Positions 46,944-56,337 are shown, counted from the stretch's first letter. The stretch is DNA of 64,000 nucleotides from IMGVR_UViG_3300025098_000012:124001-188000, one strand, 5' to 3'. Notes: generated by a model not told the origin, from the sequence alone. Numbers and translations: made by a program.

Positions 46944-48512
46944 TTATCCGAAGAACTTGCTTACATCGGGAGCAGACTCCCAAAGTTTAGAAAGCTCATC
47001 AGAAGCACTTGAAGCCTCACGAGAGATGTTACCGAGAGTCTTAACAGCCGCTTTACGAGCAGAGGTGCGTGGGCGATAAGAAGCCTTCTTATCAGCCTTT
47101 TCCTCTTTAGCCTCTTCCTCAGTAGCTTCTTCTTCGGTAGCTTCTTCTTCGGTAGCTTCTTCCTCAGTAGCTTCTTCCTCAGTAGCTTCTTCGGTAGACT
47201 CTTCCTCAGCGTCTTCATCAGCCGCTGTGAAGATTGAAGCGAGGCGAGGGTCCATAGCCATTGCATCTTCTGCGTCCATGTCAAGACCCATGACATCTTC
47301 ACCCATGCTCATTGTAGTTTCGACTTCTTCAGCAGTATATCCATACTCTGGATCATTCTGCTCACGAGTGTCATCTGCTTCAAGCTCTGCAAGGAGAGTT
47401 GCCATCTCATTATCAGCAGTAGTGTCCATGTCAGACATATAAGTTGAAAGAGCTTCTGCAAGACGCTCAATCTTTGCTAAACGCTGAGTAGGCTGACCCT
47501 CTGAAGGCTCACTAGCAGGAGCAGTCTCAAGTGCTACAGTGTCGTTCTGACCTTGATAGCCTGTACCAACTTGTACTGCGTTATCAGCGAGTTTACGAAC
47601 CTTGCGAGCAAGACGAGCATTAGCGGCTTTAAGAGTAGCGATTTCTTCTGCGAGAGCTTCGGCTGATGAAGAGTGATCCTCAGCCATCATCATAGCCTCG
47701 TGATCTTCAGCCATCAACATTGCTTCGTGATCTTCAGCTTCAAGATCAGCCATGATTTGTGAAAGCTCATCTTCTGCTTCAAGTTCGTCTGCGAAAGACT
47801 CACCAAGACCAAGAGCGATTTCATCACGAGAAAGGAAGCCATCCTCATTCATATCAAGATCGTCAAAGATCTCGTCAGAGCCACCCCATTCGTCCATAGA
47901 AATCATGCCATCGCCATCGGTGTCATAAGCGTCAAACATAGAGTGACCCATGTGATCGTCAGCTTCTAGTTCATCACTTGCATTTCCTGGTCCTGTGAAT
48001 TCAAGACCTTCATCATACTCAGTTCCAACTTGTACAGCATTGTCAGCAAGACGAGCAACACGAGCATTAACAGTACGACTAGGAAGATCCATCATGCGAA
48101 GTGCAAGATCCTCGATCTCACGCTGTGAAGCAGTACGACCAAGACGACTTTCAGCGATGCGAATGCACTTAGCCGCTTTACGCTCCATAGCTTTTTTAAG
48201 GTTCTCTTGGCGAAGGTCATCAGTAAGAGCATAATCTTCAACAAGCTCATCGCTTACAGCAGGATGCTCTGGCTCCCAACCATAAGATGCAGGAGCAGGA
48301 CCAGAACGGTAAGGTCCTTTACGGACTCCTTCACCGAACTCTGAGTCGAAGCCATACTGATCTACAGAAGGCTGATCGGATGAAGCAGGGTGACCGAAGT
48401 GATCCCAACCAAGATTATCGTATCCTGGGAGGCCAGAGTTTGCTCTGCGATTTCTTCTACGAGCAAGCTCTGCCCTGCGAGACATATTCTTAGAACGAGA
48501 ATACCTAGACAT
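46944..48512 (-). CDS. Scaffold-like acidic protein with an EF-hand pair
   Basis: Between protease and capsid genes; highly acidic; coiled coils; DTDGDGMISMDE and DMNEDGFLSRDE loops. Confidence 0.7.
   Translation of the reverse strand: MSRYSRSKNMSRRAELARRRNRRANSGLPGYDNLGWDHFGHPASSDQPSVDQYGFDSEFGEGVRKGPYRSGPAPASYGWEPEHPAVSDELVEDYALTDDLRQENLKKAMERKAAKCIRIAESRLGRTASQREIEDLALRMMDLPSRTVNARVARLADNAVQVGTEYDEGLEFTGPGNASDELEADDHMGHSMFDAYDTDGDGMISMDEWGGSDEIFDDLDMNEDGFLSRDEIALGLGESFADELEAEDELSQIMADLEAEDHEAMLMAEDHEAMMMAEDHSSSAEALAEEIATLKAANARLARKVRKLADNAVQVGTGYQGQNDTVALETAPASEPSEGQPTQRLAKIERLAEALSTYMSDMDTTADNEMATLLAELEADDTREQNDPEYGYTAEEVETTMSMGEDVMGLDMDAEDAMAMDPRLASIFTAADEDAEEESTEEATEEEATEEEATEEEATEEEATEEEAKEEKADKKASYRPRTSARKAAVKTLGNISREASSASDELSKLWESAPDVSKFFG
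47110..47205. repeat. 15-bp tandem repeats encoding (EEEAT)n
   Basis: gtagcttcttcttcg / gtagcttcttcctca units. Confidence 0.9.
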
Positions 48513-48550
48513 AAGGCTATTCCTTTCTGTGGGGTGAAACAGGGCGAGAC

Positions 48551-49990
48551 TTATTTCTGCCCGTAAGTGTTAAGGGATAAGAGTTTAGCTAATCTTACAA
48601 GACGAAGAGTGTCTTGCTTCGACAGATTTTTACCATTTAAGTAGCTTGCTTGCTCCAGATAATCAACTACATCATTATACTGACTGGTTGAGCCGAGCAA
48701 ACTAGCTAACTTATAAACATGGGTAGGAATCTGAACATTACAGTGATTATTCACTAGAGTTATGTTCAGTACAGCTTCTTCAACAGACTTAGCTGTTCTA
48801 ACAGAAGCATCTAAGAGGCTCATGTACTTGGAAGCAGACATACCCTCTTTGACAATCGTATCGTTTTGTTCAACGACAGACTTATCAATAGGTGGGTTCA
48901 TTACTTCTTGAGCCTTCTCTGCTTTGAGTTCGTTTTCTAGCTTTTGGCGAAAACGATCTACAATAGCAGTCTCGTAAACATTTTCGAGCTGTTTCAACAA
49001 AGACTCGGAAGGTGCGTCAGCTTTATCATCACCACCTTCATCCTCATCCATGTCAAAAGGTCCAGCTTTCTTGTTTAGCTGACCATGAGGGTCATACCAA
49101 GGAGAACTCTGTAAACTAGACGCTTTAGCAATCCACTTCTGTGGAACTTCATTAAGTTGATCATCAGAAGCTGATTTAGCCATGTCAGCTTTAGGGATGT
49201 CTAATACATTGCGAGCGACAGCTCCTACAAATGCAGGGGTTGCAACCCAAGATGCTTCGATGAATGTAACACCTGCTGTACCACCGATTTCTTCATGACC
49301 ACAAAGCTCTGCTACTCTATGTTGATTTCCTTGTTCATCATAGAAAACATTGCCTTTCTCATATTTGATATGAGAACACATCTCGGTTTCATCAGCGGCC
49401 ACATGACCACATTTGGTGCAAATGGTAAAGTCTACGCTACATCCCATAGACATTGAGTTCATTTGACCCGACTCAATCTGTTTAACCAAGTCTTTGTGTT
49501 TGCGATCAGTAGCGACAAGGATGTCTACATATAAAGAATCACCGATGTCTCTAAGAACAGCATCAATGATCCGACCCTTAGATAGTTCTTCAACTTGGAT
49601 ATGCTCAACAAAGTTATGAGCACCAATGAAGGTCTGATAAGATTTCTTAATCACACCTCTTGACCATGAGTCGAGGTTGTTATTGATGAACTTATCAGTG
49701 CCAGAGCTGACACGATAGTCAGCGTATTTACGATTAATAGTTTGTCCACCCTCAGTGATCGAGCCTGTCTTTGTGTTTGGAGGTGTGATTGCATCGACAG
49801 AGCAAACGATAGTGGAGTGGGTAAGTAGAAATCTATCGGGAGTGAAAGGTTCGCCTAAGATGTCCTCTGCTTGCTTTTTGAGCGAAGCATTGATGGTTTT
49901 AGCACCAGAAGCGATCCTTACCTTATCCCATTGTAGACCATGAATGGAGGGCTGAACTACATTAGCCCTAGCATATCTTAAAAATGCCAT
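48551..49990 (-). CDS. Prohead protease with Zn-finger insert
   Basis: NNNLDSW, NFVEH, GRIIDA, SMSMGC, CTKC...C, EASWVATPAF; position upstream of the scaffold. Confidence 0.75.
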   Translation of the reverse strand: MAFLRYARANVVQPSIHGLQWDKVRIASGAKTINASLKKQAEDILGEPFTPDRFLLTHSTIVCSVDAITPPNTKTGSITEGGQTINRKYADYRVSSGTDKFINNNLDSWSRGVIKKSYQTFIGAHNFVEHIQVEELSKGRIIDAVLRDIGDSLYVDILVATDRKHKDLVKQIESGQMNSMSMGCSVDFTICTKCGHVAADETEMCSHIKYEKGNVFYDEQGNQHRVAELCGHEEIGGTAGVTFIEASWVATPAFVGAVARNVLDIPKADMAKSASDDQLNEVPQKWIAKASSLQSSPWYDPHGQLNKKAGPFDMDEDEGGDDKADAPSESLLKQLENVYETAIVDRFRQKLENELKAEKAQEVMNPPIDKSVVEQNDTIVKEGMSASKYMSLLDASVRTAKSVEEAVLNITLVNNHCNVQIPTHVYKLASLLGSTSQYNDVVDYLEQASYLNGKNLSKQDTLRLVRLAKLLSLNTYGQK

Positions 49991-49993
49991 GCT

Positions 49994-52900
49994 TTACCCC
50001 TTAACGATGTCGGAAGGTTTGATGATAAAGAGGCAGGTATAACAAGCGAGCAGTTTCTCACTCTTACCTCCTCTTCTTTTGTAAACAGTATTGCCGAGTG
50101 GAGTTTTACACTTGGGACAACAAGGTTTTTCCTCATTCCGACATTGGCGATAAGTACGATCTTTCTTATACCAATAAATAGCTTGCTTCATGTATCTGGA
50201 GGCAACACGATTAGCTTGCTTTTTGACGGCACGAGAAGTTACAGGAACAGTACCAGCTCCACCTGGTATAGTATCTTGATCGTCAGTATAAATGTTCAAG
50301 TAATCACCCGAAGTATCTACAACAAGATCTTCTACAGGATAGCGTTGCGATCCATGAGGGAACTGCACATCGACCATACCAATTGCAGGGAAGATAGCTA
50401 TAACGAGTCCAGACCTTGACGGATTACCACCAAGAAAGGGGTATACACGCATCCCTAGCTCGAACGCTTGGGATCTACGCTGATAGTCAACATATTGTGT
50501 AGATCGTTTTTGCATGATTACAGTGCCTCCACTCTTATAGTAGGTGTCAATAAATGATCTATTAAAATTATTTGCTTGTTTATTTGATGAGGTAGACTCA
50601 ATTTCTTGTGTCGCTGTGTCATCAAATAGCTCAGTAAGCCTACTTCTTATGTCTTTGAGCCTCTGTCTCTTAGTCGCACCATCTAAACTTTTCACTTTTT
50701 CTAGTTCTTGCTGTATCTGCTCCCATCTAAACTTTTTCGTGTTATCACTGTAGAGCTGAATACCGTCAATGCTACTCCGAGTTTCTTCAATTCTCCATCT
50801 TGTCCTAAATTCTTCTCCAGCGGCTTCTCTCTCTTCTTCGGTGTATTCTTTACCAGTTGATAGATCAACACCATCAACGAACACCTCGAAAAACTTATCT
50901 TTGTTTTCTCTCCAAAAGAGCTTCATTTGCTCTTTGACTTTCTTAGAAGGACCAGAGCTATCACCTTTAGGTTTGTAGTAGCCATCCCCCTTAGACTCTT
51001 TTTCGACAGTATGGAGATTAACGAAACCTCCACTCATGTAATCCCTTAACAGTTTCTTCATGTCATCAGACAATGGGTTAGGACAGGGATCATCTGAGGG
51101 GAGGAGCTTCTTGTCTCCCACACCTGCGGCGTTATTTGTAGGCCCACCAGGACAGTAGTCGTCATCTAATAAATCCAACATATCTCCATAAGGTCCTTGC
51201 TCACCTCCAACTACAGCTTTAAAATCTTCTGTGTCGAGGTTTTCAGTGACCGACTCAATCAAATCTCGTGTCTTACTAGGGTTAGTGCCTTGTTGGGAGA
51301 GCATACTGATGCCTTCTTCCCAAGCCTCTGATCCTGTTTGTCTTGCGAGTTCAAGTAATCGGTCGGGTACTTCGGCATACCCATCAATGACACCCTCACT
51401 ATTTATCATGCGTATTGTATTGAGGGCTGTTTCAGATGCTTTTAAGTTTACGAGCTTACCCTGTAATGATTTCTTTTCTTCATCAGACAGACCTTCCCCA
51501 TCATTTTCTAGGAGTGCTTTTGCTTCACCAATCTCCTCTGCGACCCTTCCAACCATAGCATTACGCTGTTCTTCATTCATCTTCTTAAAGCGTCTGCCTT
51601 GAACTCTGCGTACATTCTGTAGGTGCTTCTCTTTATCGTGATCATCCCCATCAGTAGGGAACTCAAGTAGCCCGAACTCTGGATCTTCCACAATACTCTT
51701 TTGTGCATGGGTTGTTGCTAAGTAGCTACCTAGATTTTGTGCGTACTCCTTTTGAACAGCCTCATAGTTTTCTAAGTCTGATTTTAAGGAACTGAGAGAA
51801 TCTTCTGCATCTTTCAAAGAATTCTTAAGTTGCTTTAGAGTTTCCTCATCTGTGTCATCGTCAGCTTCCGATAACTTTTGTTGAGCTTTATTCACCTTGT
51901 CGGTGGTTTCCTTAATGTCCTTATTGAGTTGTTCTACTGTAGGAGGAGGTGTGGGGGGCTTTAAATCCTTTGCCTCTTCGTCAATGTAAGACTGTAGACC
52001 ATCGAGTCCTTGATTTCTCATCACTTCTTCGACTTTGAATGCACCGGATCCGTAAGCCTGCACCATTTGTTGAACTTGATCTTCGGTCAACTCATCAAGT
52101 GCATCTACAGTTTCACTTATCCTTTGAATAAATGTGCGAGTGCTCTTTCTAGTTGATGCAAGATCCTTCTTCTCAAGTCCTTTGATTTGTTCCTTGAGAT
52201 CACGCTTCTCTTTATCGCTTAAAGAAGGATCTTCGAGCTTTTTTTCGAGATTCTCTATCTTCTCACTCGTGCCTTTGCTTAACTTATCCCTAAAGGCTTT
52301 CTCAAGGCGATCCTTGATTTCTGCCTTTTGGACATAGCTCGGCTGTTCCAATAAAGGAGCACCTTCAACAAACGGAGGTTCTTCTTTCGGAGGTGTATCA
52401 TCCCCCTTTGCGTCATCCTTTCCCGATTCATTTCTAGGTTTTGGCTCACCCTTACCTTTGCTTTTACCCTTGCCTTTGGGTTCTTCTTCTCCTGTTTGCT
52501 TCTCACGCTCTTTAGCTCTCTCGTCCAAGACATCTTTGGTTTCTTTTACTTCTTCTTCAGTAATGTCGGATGCCTCTTGAACATCAACCTCGACAGCATC
52601 AATCCCCTCTTCTTCAAGAGATGTGGTGAGCTTTTCAGCGACTCTCTTTTTATAAGGACCTCGCTTTTTGCCTTTATCGGATCTTGTTTTTCTTTTCTTC
52701 TTAGGTGGTGGTTCACCTACTTCTTCCCGAACCTCCTCATGGATGTCCATAAGAAGAGCCATAATGTCTCTCATGGTGCGTTCTTCAACAAGAGACATAT
52801 CTCTCATATCACGACCATTGTTCATCCTTGAGAGCAGGTCATATTGTTCATCATTGAGAGTAGCGGCTACGGAATAGCTGACATCACTAGAGTCTCCCTT

Positions 52901-53239
52901 AGACCCTCTAGCTTTATCCATAGCTTTGTTAAAGTCTTGGACAGCTTTTGGGTGGGCACGATTATAAGCTGTATTAAACGACAACTCATCACCTGTCAGC
53001 CTACTCTTATACTTACGACTTTTGAGCTTGTCTTTGACCTTCTTAACGATCTTCTGCTCTTTTTTCTGTTTCCTTTTCTGCTCTGGCGTGAGCTTTTGCT
53101 TCTTTCGCTTTTTCTTTTTAGTTGGCTTACGAGATCCGTCCTCACGCTTTTGAGAAGCCGCAACTCGGTGTGCCTCTAAAAGAAGGCGATCTGTTTTCTC
53201 TAGCTCCGTTTGGAGTTCTAGTAGAAGGCGACTAATCAT
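49994..53239 (-). CDS. 1,081-aa head-module protein: basic N-terminus, coiled coils, C-terminal SH3-like + Zn ribbon
   Basis: Poly-K/R tracts, RKTRSDKGKKRGPY; CPKC...CYTC; internal promoter/RBS at 50515-50563. Confidence 0.65.
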   Translation of the reverse strand: MISRLLLELQTELEKTDRLLLEAHRVAASQKREDGSRKPTKKKKRKKQKLTPEQKRKQKKEQKIVKKVKDKLKSRKYKSRLTGDELSFNTAYNRAHPKAVQDFNKAMDKARGSKGDSSDVSYSVAATLNDEQYDLLSRMNNGRDMRDMSLVEERTMRDIMALLMDIHEEVREEVGEPPPKKKRKTRSDKGKKRGPYKKRVAEKLTTSLEEEGIDAVEVDVQEASDITEEEVKETKDVLDERAKEREKQTGEEEPKGKGKSKGKGEPKPRNESGKDDAKGDDTPPKEEPPFVEGAPLLEQPSYVQKAEIKDRLEKAFRDKLSKGTSEKIENLEKKLEDPSLSDKEKRDLKEQIKGLEKKDLASTRKSTRTFIQRISETVDALDELTEDQVQQMVQAYGSGAFKVEEVMRNQGLDGLQSYIDEEAKDLKPPTPPPTVEQLNKDIKETTDKVNKAQQKLSEADDDTDEETLKQLKNSLKDAEDSLSSLKSDLENYEAVQKEYAQNLGSYLATTHAQKSIVEDPEFGLLEFPTDGDDHDKEKHLQNVRRVQGRRFKKMNEEQRNAMVGRVAEEIGEAKALLENDGEGLSDEEKKSLQGKLVNLKASETALNTIRMINSEGVIDGYAEVPDRLLELARQTGSEAWEEGISMLSQQGTNPSKTRDLIESVTENLDTEDFKAVVGGEQGPYGDMLDLLDDDYCPGGPTNNAAGVGDKKLLPSDDPCPNPLSDDMKKLLRDYMSGGFVNLHTVEKESKGDGYYKPKGDSSGPSKKVKEQMKLFWRENKDKFFEVFVDGVDLSTGKEYTEEEREAAGEEFRTRWRIEETRSSIDGIQLYSDNTKKFRWEQIQQELEKVKSLDGATKRQRLKDIRSRLTELFDDTATQEIESTSSNKQANNFNRSFIDTYYKSGGTVIMQKRSTQYVDYQRRSQAFELGMRVYPFLGGNPSRSGLVIAIFPAIGMVDVQFPHGSQRYPVEDLVVDTSGDYLNIYTDDQDTIPGGAGTVPVTSRAVKKQANRVASRYMKQAIYWYKKDRTYRQCRNEEKPCCPKCKTPLGNTVYKRRGGKSEKLLACYTCLFIIKPSDIVKG

Positions 53240-53245
53240 TGCAGA

Positions 53246-53886
53246 CTACCCTCTCAAGTTAAGGAACTTACGAGCAACACGCTGTGCCATCTTCTCACTT
53301 CTACGAGAAAGATCGGGATCACCTTTGTCTCCACGACCAACACCTTGTAGATCGGGGTCATCGCTAATTTGTACTCTGTTCTTACGGAGGTCTTTGCGAG
53401 GAGGCTTATTCTTAGGAGATCTCCTAACGAGCTTTTCAACTGCTTCGTCCTCTTTTTCAGCTTGGGTCTTAGTCGCTACTCTCTTGTGAGGACAGATATA
53501 TGAACTTGCCTTACGCTCCATACTCGCCATCTTGCGAACATCAAAGCAATGTCCTGCAAAACTCTTTCTGAGAACTCTAAGTGCTTGAGCGAGGATGAGG
53601 TAAAACCTATGAGCGTGTTCGCTCTCTCTGGTGTCTAGCCAAACAGCTTGGAGCTTTCTAACTTCTTCAGCTTTACCGTCTAAAACATCTACATATTTAA
53701 GCTCTTTATCAAGAGAGACAGCTTCCTCAAAAAGTGCTTCTATGGTGAGGAAATGCTTACGGATGCAGTCTGGACATCTTTTACGAGGTTGGTTAAGATG
53801 ATCTTCGAGTAGGACAATCTGTTTACAGATCTCTCGTAAGTTATATAAGGGACTCATAATCGGCAATAAACCTTGATCGTTGCTCA
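53246..53886 (-). CDS. Protein with LEDH...CPDC..KH metal-binding helical domain
   Basis: Start MSNDQG after class A motif; REICKQIVLLEDHLNQPRKRCPDCIRKHF. Confidence 0.65.
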
Positions 53887-54017
53887 TAACTACACCTCTT
53901 TTTTTTGGGATACTAACTACAAGTAGGAAATATAAACAAACTATTAAACTAAGAGAGCGTAACCCCTTATTTATATCTCTATGTAAGAACCACCAAACAC
54001 TCTTAAAGGAGAACAAC

Positions 54018-54281
54018 ATGGGCAAGAAAAGACCAGATCAAGTGAAGCGAGTCCACGAGGCTTTGAAGATGAACGCTAAAGAGGCCAAGTACGGTATGCC
54101 GTACTGTAAGTGGCGAAAAGAAGAATCTCGTTGGGAGATCTCAGACGCTTCGGGTCGAGATGCGTCAATGTTCTTCTATCCCGAAGGGGAGCGTTGGACT
54201 TATCAAGCTCCTTACTACGATGAGGAGGACTCAACCTTTAGTCGTTCACTTGGGAACGCCTACTGTTGTTACACAGGTTAA
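54018..54281 (+). CDS. Hypothetical protein
   Basis: Start MGKKR with AAGGAG RBS and class B motif. Confidence 0.6.
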   Translation: MGKKRPDQVKRVHEALKMNAKEAKYGMPYCKWRKEESRWEISDASGRDASMFFYPEGERWTYQAPYYDEEDSTFSRSLGNAYCCYTG

Positions 54282-54362
54282 TCCTGTAGCCTTTGTCTTT
54301 GGTGCGTAACCCCTTATTCATATAACTACATAACGAAACCCACTCCCACTAGGAGAAAAAGT

Positions 54363-54860
54363 ATGACTGTTTCAACCCCCAACCCACGATATATCTTGGT
54401 TCAAGAGGAATACGGATACCGACATTGGGTCGGTGTCCTACCCTCCGAGATGAAACGAGATAACATCATCTCGTGGTGGAAGAATCTACCCTCTGTAATG
54501 GGTATGTTCTTCAACCCAAGTGGGAGCTTCCCTCTTACTCTTATCGAGCTTGAAGATGTAGCACCCGATGGTGCTGACAAAGCCACATGGAAATGGATAG
54601 ACCCCGATGGTCAAGTGCATATCCTTGATCGCTCTAATGTGGTGCTGTTCGCCCATGTTCACATGGATGATGACAGCTACCTCAAAATCCCTCAAGGAGA
54701 GACTTTTCACCATGCAGGGTATGGAGAGATGCCCTTTGCAGATGAGGAGGACGAGGACGAGTGTGATGAGCCTACTGAAGAACAAATCAGAGAGTGGGCT
54801 TCCGAGAGCGAACTCAGTAGAAAGGTGTTCCAATCCTTGTATCCAGAGATGAAGCTATGA
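54363..54860 (+). CDS. Hypothetical protein with acidic tail
   Basis: Class B motif, AGGAG RBS. Confidence 0.6.
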   Translation: MTVSTPNPRYILVQEEYGYRHWVGVLPSEMKRDNIISWWKNLPSVMGMFFNPSGSFPLTLIELEDVAPDGADKATWKWIDPDGQVHILDRSNVVLFAHVHMDDDSYLKIPQGETFHHAGYGEMPFADEEDEDECDEPTEEQIREWASESELSRKVFQSLYPEMKL

Positions 54861-55024
54861 GTCCGACAGTAGTCGTGCCGAGTAGTTGGGTTTTAGCTTA
54901 CCTCATCGGTCTTGTTTTTTGTTTTTACAAGGCACACAGGACTGACAAGGTAGAGCTGTTCTTTACCTTTGGTATGATCTATCTACTAGCCCTCACCATT
55001 GGACTAAGACTCTACTATGCTTGA
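54857..55024 (+). CDS. 55-aa two-TM protein (absent from ORF track)
   Basis: Manual translation MSPTVV...LRLYYA; ATGA overlap. Confidence 0.5.
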   Translation: MSPTVVVPSSWVLAYLIGLVFCFYKAHRTDKVELFFTFGMIYLLALTIGLRLYYA

Positions 55025-55172
55025 CATCTATTATTCGGCACTCATCAGCCTACTTTTCATCTCATTTGGAATAGGTCTTTTTTACTCAACCACAAGAGCG
55101 AGATACTTCGCCTATGCAGGTGTCGGATCTTACATCATAGGACTATTTTTAGGAGTGTATTATGGCTACTAA
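55017..55172 (+). CDS. 51-aa two-TM protein (absent from ORF track)
   Basis: Manual translation MLDIYY...GVYYGY. Confidence 0.5.
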   Translation: MLDIYYSALISLLFISFGIGLFYSTTRARYFAYAGVGSYIIGLFLGVYYGY

Positions 55173-55335
55173 CAAATATGCAAAAAACAAGAGATCAATC
55201 TACTTATCAGACCCGATAATCCAAGAACTTGAAGCTGAGGCAAAGCGTCAAGATAGAACGGTGTCTTGGCTAATCAAGAGAGCTTGGCTTGAGTCTCGTG
55301 AGAAGATAAAGAAGTATCCCGATGTCGAGCAATGA
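55162..55335 (+). CDS. 57-aa ribbon-helix-helix protein (absent from ORF track)
   Basis: KRSIYLSDPIIQELEAEAKRQDRTVSWLIKRAW; AGGAG RBS. Confidence 0.8.
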   Translation: MATNKYAKNKRSIYLSDPIIQELEAEAKRQDRTVSWLIKRAWLESREKIKKYPDVEQ

Positions 55336-55696
55336 ATTCACCCACATCGTAGACGGACAAAGACAATGGAGTCAGAAGGGTCTTAGAACCATCCAAAGTA
55401 CACTGTGTCTTGAGAATACTTTTTTACGATTTAATACCCTCAAAGTATTACTCACAGAGTCCTTTGAAGAGTGTGGTGGTAAGTTCAAGAAGATTCAAGA
55501 GTCAGATATGATCTGTAGGTGGATGTTGCAGACTCCCTGTTGGGATTGCAGTGTGGTACTGCACCACCAACCCACATACCGAGACTCTATTGTTCTTAGG
55601 GTAGGTGGGGGTGTCGAACCAATGAGGCCAGAGAAAGACCTTTTTCCCTTGTGGGGGATCATAAGGGATAAGTGGGAAAATGAAAACAGAGATTAG
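55322..55696 (+). CDS. Paralog family member A
   Basis: DGQRQWSQKGL ... LWGIIRDKW. Confidence 0.65.
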   Translation: MSSNEFTHIVDGQRQWSQKGLRTIQSTLCLENTFLRFNTLKVLLTESFEECGGKFKKIQESDMICRWMLQTPCWDCSVVLHHQPTYRDSIVLRVGGGVEPMRPEKDLFPLWGIIRDKWENENRD

Positions 55697-56045
55697 AGAT
55701 GGTCAGAGGGTGTGGACTAAAGATTCCATAGAGATCATTTTAGAGGGGTATAAACCACATCAGTCAGATGATTACTGGTATAAGTTAGGGGCGGTTTTTC
55801 GAGGTGGACTCATAGAAGCAGGTTTTAGTGAACCTAAAACCTTATTAGAAAATAAGATCACCCTCCACCTAAACACTCAAAAATGGTTTTGCCCCATACA
55901 CCTTCTTCGATTAGATGACGGACAGATCGTCTTTCTTTTTGATCTTGAAATGCACCCTGCAAGAGACTTGATCTATCTGTGGGATTATATCAGAGAGGCT
56001 TGGTCAAAAAAGATCAAGGGTAGCGATTACCCCATATCACCCTAA
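55680..56045 (+). CDS. Paralog family member B
   Basis: DGQRVWTKDSI ... LWDYIREAW. Confidence 0.65.
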   Translation: MKTEIRDGQRVWTKDSIEIILEGYKPHQSDDYWYKLGAVFRGGLIEAGFSEPKTLLENKITLHLNTQKWFCPIHLLRLDDGQIVFLFDLEMHPARDLIYLWDYIREAWSKKIKGSDYPISP

Positions 56046-56337
56046 TCCTCTCAAAAAGGGTTCTAGGGTCTTTGACCGTCTCCAAAATAACCTCATCGCC
56101 ATCGCTCCCACAAGCGTCTTTCCCGATGAGTGTTCCTTGTCGGGTAGCTCTCACAAATAGGTGTTGAGAAATCCAAAACATACGAGAGTCATGTTTTGTT
56201 GATTTTAACCCACACTCAGAAAGAGCGTTGGTGATGACGATGAGGGTCATCATCTCATGTTCAGATTTTTGAATCTCGGTCAGTCCGTAAGCAGACCACT
56301 CCCTTCGACCATTAACTTTCTCGGTGAGCGTATTCAT
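56014..56337 (-). CDS. Paralog family member C
   Basis: NGRREWSAYGL ... LFERIRVIW. Confidence 0.6.
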   Translation of the reverse strand: MNTLTEKVNGRREWSAYGLTEIQKSEHEMMTLIVITNALSECGLKSTKHDSRMFWISQHLFVRATRQGTLIGKDACGSDGDEVILETVKDPRTLFERIRVIWGNRYP

